From: an uncultured Actinomycetes bacterium
GTDB taxonomy: Bacteria > Actinomycetota > UBA4738 > HRBIN12
Assembly: GCA_963704885.1 (NCBI GenBank)
Contig: CAVPIB010000013.1
Span: 1-12,469 of the forward strand
Direction: 5' to 3'
DNA: 12,469 nt
Shown one piece after another: positions 6,630 through 12,469 of this stretch. A program made the position numbers and the translations under genes. Under the pieces are notes generated by a model. The model had not been told where the DNA came from and did no database searches. It saw only the letters and a program-made list of their open reading frames with translations. Within the stretch, counting starts at the first letter, position 1. Each line of letters opens with the position of its first letter.

Positions 6630-7890
6630 GGAAGACCTCCACGGGTTCCTCCCGGCCCTTCACGTACCGCGACCCGACCGGCTCGCATTCGACCTTCGGC
6701 GCCGCCGCGACCGTCGACGCGGCCGCGACGATCTCGCCGCCCTTTGCCTCGGACTGCAACCGCTGGGCGATGTTCACGGCGTCGCCCACCACCGTGTACT
6801 CGAGGCGGCCGCCCCCTCCGACCGTCCCGGCGATCACCAGACCGGTGTTCACGCCGATCCCGACCTCGAGCTCCGGAACGTCTGCGTCCCAGCCCTGCGC
6901 GTTCAGCTCCGCTTGGCGCTCTTGCATGGCGATCGCGCAGCACAGCGCCCGCTCCGCGTGATCGGATGTGGGCTCAGGAGCTCCGAAGACGACCATCACA
7001 GCATCCCCCTGGAACTTGTCGATCATGCCGCCCATCGACAGGACCACCTCCGCCATCGCGGTGAGGTGTTTGCCGACGACCGTCGCGACGACTCGCGCGG
7101 GGAGGCGTTCGGCGAGCGTCGAGAACCCTCGGATGTCCGAGAACAGGACGCTCACCTCGACCTCCTGCGGCTCGATCGCCATCTCGGGATGCGCCGCGAG
7201 CCGATCTGCCAGCTGTTGTGGGACGAACGACGCAAGCGTCTTGCGGGAGGTCGTCTGTTCCACTACCGCGGCGTGCAGGCGCTTGAACTCGTCGACGAGT
7301 CCCGAGCCTGCACCGTCGCCGGCCATCCGCTTGAACAGCGCGGTGACCTGTGAATCGACGGCCTCCTGGGTGGTCTCTAGCGTCTCTGCGATCTCGGCGT
7401 ACCCGAGGCCCTTGGCCATCATGTCGAGCAACTCGCGCTCACGCTCGACCGTGTCGCCGCGGCCCGACAGGCGCTCGGCGATCGTCGGATCCACGGTGCT
7501 GCCTCCCGCGTGAACCTCACGGATCGCACGCGCCAGCTCGTCGCCCTGCGAGATGCGGTCCTTCAAGAGGTACGCCAGGCCGCTGTGACCGCCCCCGAGC
7601 AAAGCGAGGGCGTACGCCTCGTCGTCGTGGGCGGATAGAACGACCACGCCGGTATCGGGGTGCGAGGAGCGGATCGCGTGCGCGCAATCGATCCCCTCAA
7701 GCTGGAAAGACGGCGGCATCTTGATATCGGTGACGACGACGTCGGGTGTGTGCTCCGCTGCGGTCTCCAGCAGCGAGGGCGCGTCTACCGCGACCCCGAC
7801 CACCTCGATGTCGTCGTATGAGTCCAGCAGCGCTCGGACGCCCTCGCGTACTAGGACATTGTCCTCCCCCAGCACGACCCGGATGCTCAT
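6613..7890 (-). CDS. Receiver domain, degenerate LuxR-type HTH and class III adenylate cyclase fusion
   Basis: REC: GEDN, TD55IKMP, VLS, YLLKD. HTH-like: ERERELLDMMAKGLGYAEIAETL. Cyclase: VLFSDIRGFS, IDKFQGDAVM, GIGVNTG, EYTVVGDAVNIAQRLQ, VKGREEPV. GGAGG RBS upstream. Confidence 0.92.
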   Translation of the reverse strand: MSIRVVLGEDNVLVREGVRALLDSYDDIEVVGVAVDAPSLLETAAEHTPDVVVTDIKMPPSFQLEGIDCAHAIRSSHPDTGVVVLSAHDDEAYALALLGGGHSGLAYLLKDRISQGDELARAIREVHAGGSTVDPTIAERLSGRGDTVERERELLDMMAKGLGYAEIAETLETTQEAVDSQVTALFKRMAGDGAGSGLVDEFKRLHAAVVEQTTSRKTLASFVPQQLADRLAAHPEMAIEPQEVEVSVLFSDIRGFSTLAERLPARVVATVVGKHLTAMAEVVLSMGGMIDKFQGDAVMVVFGAPEPTSDHAERALCCAIAMQERQAELNAQGWDADVPELEVGIGVNTGLVIAGTVGGGGRLEYTVVGDAVNIAQRLQSEAKGGEIVAAASTVAAAPKVECEPVGSRYVKGREEPVEVFLVVIS

Positions 7891-7922
7891 CCTGCTTCCT
7901 CCGACCGCTCGATGCCCGCGTG

Positions 7923-7928
7923 TACCAT
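7923..7928 (+). promoter_or_regulatory. Candidate -10 (TACCAT) of a leaderless response-regulator transcript
   Basis: TANNNT 6 nt before ATG 7935 with no Shine-Dalgarno sequence, the usual leaderless geometry in actinobacteria. Confidence 0.5.
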
Positions 7929-7934
7929 CCGCGC

Positions 7935-8603
7935 ATGATCCGCGTTGTGTTCGCCGAGGATAACTACCTGGTCAGGGAGGGGACGGCGGCGCTGCTGGCG
8001 ACGTCTGACCAGGTCGAGCTGGTGGGGACAGCGACCACGCGCGACGAGCTGCTGTCGGCCGTGGAGGAACACTCCCCCGACGCCGTCCTGACGGACATCC
8101 GCATGCCCCCGACGGGAACGAACGAGGGCATCGAAGCCGCGAAGACGATCCGCGCCGCGCATCCCACGATCGGCGTGGTCGTGCTTTCGCAGTTCGTCGA
8201 GGAGGACTACGCGTTCGACCTGCTGAAGGACGGCGCCGCCGGGCTCGGCTACCTCCTGAAGGAGCGGGTGGCCGACGTCGACGAGCTCGTACGGGCGCTG
8301 GGAGAGGTCGCGCGGGGCGGAAGCGTGCTCGATCCCAAGGTCGTCGAGGCGCTGGTCTCGGCGAAGGAGCGGATGGCGCACTCGCCGCTCGCGCAACTGA
8401 CGGACCGCGAACGCGAGGTGCTCTCGCACATGGCGCAAGGAGAGAACAATGCGGCCATCGCCAAGTCGCTCTTCCTCACCGAACGCGCCGTCGAGAAGCA
8501 CATCAACTCCCTCTTCCACAAGCTGGGTCTCACGGAGGAGCCCGACGTGCACCGCCGGGTGATGGCGGTGCTCGCGTTCCTCCGCGAGACCGGCGACGCC
8601 TGA
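7935..8603 (+). CDS. NarL/FixJ-family DNA-binding response regulator (REC plus LuxR HTH)
   Basis: AEDNYLVREG, TD54IRMPP, VLS, GYLLKER; HTH LTDREREVLSHMAQGENNAAIAKSLFLTERAVEKHINSLFHKLG. The real start is ATG 7935, not 7746, which would overlap the divergent gene. Confidence 0.95.
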   Translation: MIRVVFAEDNYLVREGTAALLATSDQVELVGTATTRDELLSAVEEHSPDAVLTDIRMPPTGTNEGIEAAKTIRAAHPTIGVVVLSQFVEEDYAFDLLKDGAAGLGYLLKERVADVDELVRALGEVARGGSVLDPKVVEALVSAKERMAHSPLAQLTDREREVLSHMAQGENNAAIAKSLFLTERAVEKHINSLFHKLGLTEEPDVHRRVMAVLAFLRETGDA

Positions 8604-8605
8604 CA

Positions 8606-9013
8606 TCACTGCGCTCGGCGCGTATCCACGATGAACACCGAGCAAGGCGCGTGCCGCAGGAGCATGTTCGGGACGCTGTCGCGAACGTGCCACCGTCCGC
8701 CCTGCGCCCCTCGGTTGCCCACCACGATGGTGTCGACAAGCTCCTCGGCCGCCACCTCGCAGAGGCGCTCGGCGGGCTCTCCCTGCTCCACCCGGGTGCG
8801 GGCCGCGACGTCGGGGAACCGTGTCGGGATCCGAGCCAGGTACGCGGAGGGGTCCGCCGCCCGATCGGGGTCGATGACCGCACGCAGATCGGACTCGGGC
8901 TGGACGTACAGAACCAATAGCTCGGCCCCACGGTCGCGTGCTAGCCGGGCGGCGCTCTCTACGGCCAGATCGGCCGCTGCGGATGTATCCGTTCCTACCA
9001 AGACGGTGCTCAT
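8606..9013 (-). CDS. Universal stress protein (single domain, 135 aa)
   Basis: MSTVLVGTDTS, GEPAERL, DTIVVGNRG, SVPNMLLRHAPCSVFIV; AAGGAGG RBS before ATG 9013. Confidence 0.92.
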   Translation of the reverse strand: MSTVLVGTDTSAAADLAVESAARLARDRGAELLVLYVQPESDLRAVIDPDRAADPSAYLARIPTRFPDVAARTRVEQGEPAERLCEVAAEELVDTIVVGNRGAQGGRWHVRDSVPNMLLRHAPCSVFIVDTRRAQ

Positions 9014-9039
9014 CTGGGGCCTCCTTACTCGTCGCCCCG

Positions 9040-9180
9040 AAAGTACGCTCGGGGGAGGGCGGGGACAGCCCGGCCGCCACCACCGTTCCCAGGGGGTAGC
9101 ACCACCCACCGGCGGTGGTCTCCACTCGCGAGCGAAGGCGGGTACCGCCCTTCCGGCTGCGGCTGCGGAGAGGCGACAAT
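9040..9180. promoter_or_regulatory. Divergent promoter region with four phased candidate operator boxes
   Basis: Minus-strand -10 TACTTT (9040-9045); 11-mers at 9073-9083, 9095-9105, 9115-9125 and 9138-9148 spaced 22, 20 and 23 bp; plus-strand -10-like GACAAT (9175-9180) 7 nt before ATG 9188. Confidence 0.55.
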
Positions 9181-9187
9181 CTCAGCT

Positions 9188-9328
9188 ATGACAACGACCA
9201 CAGAGGGACGGCGGCGGCCGACTTGGGCGCTCGGCGTCACCGCCTCGGTCATCGGAAGGCTCATCGATCGGAGCGAGCTGCGTCTCGGGATCCGTCATCT
9301 TCCTGTGGAAATGGAGCGCGCATCGTGA
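9188..9328 (+). CDS. Small leader ORF (46 aa) coupled to HK2
   Basis: MTTTTEGRRRPTWALGVTASVIGRLIDRSELRLGIRHLPVEMERAS; its TGA overlaps the HK2 GTG (GTGA at 9325-9328). Confidence 0.45.
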   Translation: MTTTTEGRRRPTWALGVTASVIGRLIDRSELRLGIRHLPVEMERAS

Positions 9329-11542
9329 GTCCTACGACCGCGAAACACCTTTCGCGCGCGATCATCGCGGTCGCACTAGCGATGATCGCGATCTCGCTCA
9401 TCGTCGGCGCCACGTCATCCAGGCACCAAGAGCCGGGGCGGATCTTCATAGTCGGTGATGCGTCCGTCGGTGATGGCCCGCTGGTCCACGAAGCGCTCAT
9501 CGATCGTCAGACGGAGGGCGAGACGTTCGCTATCGCGGCGGTCAACCCGCAGATCGTGCTCGGGTTGATCGTCGGTCTGCTCTGGATGATCACCGGGTCG
9601 CTGATCGTGTCCCGCCAGCCGCGCAACACCGCGGGCTGGATCTTCCTCGCGATCGGTGTTGCCCTCCCTCTCAGCGGTATGGCCTCCACGCTCGCCGTGA
9701 CGGGTGTGAAGACCGTTCCCGCCTCGGTGCCGCTGGTCGGTCTCTGGGCGGTCGTCAACGAATACAGCTTCCTTCCGGTCGTCCTGCTCCCCCTGCTCTT
9801 CCTGCTCTTCCCCGATGGGCGGCCGCCCACGCCTCGCTGGCGTTGGGCCGAGCGTGCGTTGTTCGCGGGGCTCGCGATCGCGATCGTGGGGTTCACGCTG
9901 TCCCCGGGGCCACTGAACAACCTCGTCGACTCCGGCATCCTGTACGAGAACCCGATCGGGATCCCCGCGTTCGCCGGCGTGTCCGACGCGATGACGACGA
10001 TCGGCGTCGTGCTGTGCCTCATCGCCGGCTTCTCCACGGTCTTCGCGGTCCGAGGTCGCTTCAAGCGCTCGACGGGTGAGGAACGCCAACAACTCCGCTG
10101 GCTCGTGTTCGTCGCGACGACCGCCGCGATCTTGTTCACGTTCCTCTTCGGGATCACCCTCCCCGGCGATGCCATCGGCTGGGCATTCGGAAGCTTCCCG
10201 ATCTTCGCGATCCTCTTGCTCCTCCTGGCCGTCGTGATCGCGTTCGGTGTCCCCGGCGCCTATCTGGTCGCGATCTTCCGATACGGGCTGTGGGATCTGG
10301 ACGTCGTGGTGCGTAAGACGGTCGTGTACGTGGTGCTGGCCATCCTGCTGCTCGTTACGGGGTTCGCGTTCGTGTGGTTCGTGACCGGACTGTTCGCCTC
10401 GGCTGCGGCGCCGAACGGGAAGGTCGATCTGCTGTCCGGTGTGGTGATCGGTCTCTTGTTCTGGCCGCTCCGGAAGATCGCGGTCAAGATCGCAGATCGG
10501 TTCGTCTACGGAGGGCGAGCGACCCCGTACGAAGTGTTGACCTCGTTCGCGGGGCGCGTCGGCGAGACCTATTCGACGGACGACATCCTGCCTCGGATGG
10601 TGCAGGTGCTGGCGAGGGGGGTCGGCGCAGAAGGCGCCACGGTGTGGCTCCGGGTCGGGAACCAGCTGCGCCCCACGATGACATGGCCTGACGACGTAGC
10701 GAGACCGGCGTCGGTGAGCCTGTTAGGCGACACGTTTCCCGCGATCCCCGATCAGCACGCGGCCGAGGTTCGCGATCAGGGCGAGCTCTTGGGTGCGCTC
10801 TCAGTGGTCATGCCGGCCTCGGATCCCATGACGCCGGGGAGGGAACGACTCGTCCGCGACCTCGCGTCGCAGGCCGGCCTGGTGCTTCGCAACGTGCGGT
10901 TGATCGAGGAGCTCCGCGCGTCGAGACAACGGCTGGTTGCCGCTCAGGACGAGGAGCGGCGCAAGCTCGAACGCAACATCCATGATGGAGCGCAGCAACA
11001 ACTCGTGGCGCTGGCCGTGAAGCTCCGACTGGCGGACACGTTGATGGAACGCGACCCGACGAAGGCGCATGCGCTGATGACGCAGCTCCAAGGAGAGACG
11101 CACGGGGCCCTCGAAGATCTCCGCGACCTGGCGCGTGGGATCTATCCGCCGCTGCTCGCGGACAAGGGATTGCCCACCGCGCTCGAGGCCCAGGCGAGGA
11201 AGGCCGCGGTGCCCACCACGGTGAGCGCGGATGGGATCGGCGCGATACGCGCAAGACGTCGAGGCCGCGGTCTACTTCTCCTGCCTGGAGGCGATGAGCA
11301 ACGTGGCGAAGTACGCGGAGGCAACCGAAGCCTCCGTTGGCCTCACGCAGGCAGACGGTCACCTCACCTTCGTCGTGGCGGACGACGGGCGGGGGTTCGA
11401 TCCGCATGCCACCGGCTACGGAACGGGGCTGCAGGGGATCGCGGACCGGCTCGATGCGATCGGTGGAACGCTGTCGGTCGTCAGTCGAATTGGGGCTGGA
11501 ACGACGATCACCGGCTCCATTCCGGCGGTAGCGGAACGATGA
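9325..11542 (+). CDS. Membrane sensor histidine kinase HK2 (paralog of HK1) with a +1 frameshift at about 11241-11242 (sequencing error or pseudogene)
   Basis: Hand translation from GTG 9325 is stop-free: RNTAGW, LFPDGRPPTPRWR, ERQQLRW, LWDLDVVVRKT, RATPYEVL, ERRKLERNIHDGAQQQL (His at 10981), RGIYPPLL, ADGIG. The HATPase (RYAQDVEAAVYFSCLEAMSNVAKYA, DDGRGFD, GTGLQG) continues one base later to TGA 11542. Absent from the ORF track. Confidence 0.9.
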
Positions 11543-12469
11543 GGGCGAGCCGCTGGACCCGTTGGCTGGCGCTCGGGATCTTGCTCGCGACGCTGGTGCT
11601 GATGGCGCTCGCGTTCGTCCTGTGGATCGGCAACCCGGTGAACGAAGGGGTCGACCTGCCGTTCGCCCTCGGCCTGGGGGTCGGCATGCTGGCGTTCGGC
11701 ACGATCGGTGCGATCCTCGCGACCCAGGCACCGAGCAACCCGATCGGATGGCTGTATGAGCTCGCCGCGTTCGGGGTCGTCCTCGCCGTGGCGACGGAGC
11801 AGTACGCGATCCGAGGGCTCGAGGACCTGACCTCGCTGCCGGCCGTTCCCTACGCCTATTGGCTGAACGCGGCGGTCACTCCCATAGCGATCTCGCTCAT
11901 CCCCATCGCGCTCGTGCTCTTCCCCGACGGCCACCTCCTCTCTCGACGCTGGCGTCCCATCCTCTGGGCGCTGCTGGCCGCCGCCGTGGTGGGGTCGTTC
12001 GCGTCGGCGTTCCTCGACGAGGTGTTTCCGGTCGGCGGCGTCGCGTACGTGAAGAACCCGTTCAGCATCGGATCGGGAGGTACCGACCGTCTGTGGCCCT
12101 TCCTGGCCAGCCTGCTCCTCGTGGGGATCATGGGATCGCTCTCGTCGGTGGTGATCCGATACCGCAGGTCCGAGGAAGAACAACGCCAGCAGCTCCGGTG
12201 GCTGGCAGCCGCCGTGCTTGTCATCGGCGTCGCGGGTGTCGTCGCGTTCGCGATCGGCTTCCTGCCGCTCCCCACCGATGTGAGCGCGATCCTGAGCGCC
12301 ATAGCGGGGTATGCCATGTTGGTCGCCGCAACGATCGGGCTCCCCGCCGCGACAGCCGTGGCGATCCTGCGGTACCACCTCTACGACCTCGACCTGGTCG
12401 TGAAGAAGACGGTCGTGTTCACGATCGTGGCGGTGTTCCTCACCGGCCTCTACCTCGCGGCTCTGGCGC
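11539..12469 (+). CDS. Third paralogous multi-TM sensor, probably histidine kinase HK3; partial at the right edge
   Basis: ATG 11539 overlaps the HK2 TGA (ATGA). MRASRWTRWLALG..., NPIGW, LFPDGHLLSRRWRP, VKNPF, QRQQLRW, RYHLYDLDLVVKKTV match HK1 and HK2. The kinase core lies outside the window. Confidence 0.85.
   Translation, partial: MRASRWTRWLALGILLATLVLMALAFVLWIGNPVNEGVDLPFALGLGVGMLAFGTIGAILATQAPSNPIGWLYELAAFGVVLAVATEQYAIRGLEDLTSLPAVPYAYWLNAAVTPIAISLIPIALVLFPDGHLLSRRWRPILWALLAAAVVGSFASAFLDEVFPVGGVAYVKNPFSIGSGGTDRLWPFLASLLLVGIMGSLSSVVIRYRRSEEEQRQQLRWLAAAVLVIGVAGVVAFAIGFLPLPTDVSAILSAIAGYAMLVAATIGLPAATAVAILRYHLYDLDLVVKKTVVFTIVAVFLTGLYLAALA

Noticed and set aside
7935-9013. DosR/DevR-type hypoxia system
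   Set aside because: USPs, a NarL regulator and GAF kinases are superficially similar, but these kinases are polytopic membrane proteins and I see no GGGAC-N-GTCCC DosR-like box at the USP promoters.
7887-9179. 430-aa minus ORF and other long alternative-frame ORFs (2686-3825, 6358-7353, 10808-11731, 11416-12378)
   Set aside because: Shadow frames of motif-supported genes in high-GC DNA, with no recognisable domains.
10723-10725. TTA codon in HK2 (bldA-type control)
   Set aside because: A single codon, and nothing indicates that this organism uses Streptomyces-style bldA regulation.
1-12469. CRISPR array, transposase or cyclic-nucleotide anti-phage system (Pycsar/CBASS)
   Set aside because: No repeat-spacer array or transposase. 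The cyclase has ATP-specific residues and a two-component context with no effector gene.

Overview
High-GC, Actinomycetota-like chromosomal window dominated by a signalling cluster next to tRNA-Thr(CGT). Left to right: a possible partial minus-strand ORF overlapping a candidate structured RNA (1-190); a conserved Cys-motif protein with an apparent 1-nt deletion; a DHFR/RibD-C family reductase; a small hypothetical; tRNA-Thr; a universal stress protein (USP)-ABC1/UbiB kinase fusion; a minus-strand operon of receiver-HTH-adenylate cyclase fusion, multi-TM GAF HisKA_3 kinase and a small membrane protein; a divergent paralogous NarL-type regulator; a stand-alone USP; and two more paralogous membrane kinases that the ORF track misses because a +1 frameshift at about 11242 joins them into one stop-less frame. 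The best novelty candidate is a multi-kinase -> response regulator/adenylate cyclase -> cAMP -> USP/USP-kinase circuit. It is supported by phased GYGG-N3-CCRC-like boxes placed about 45 bp upstream of three putative transcription starts. All assignments come from motif recognition by eye; no searches were run.
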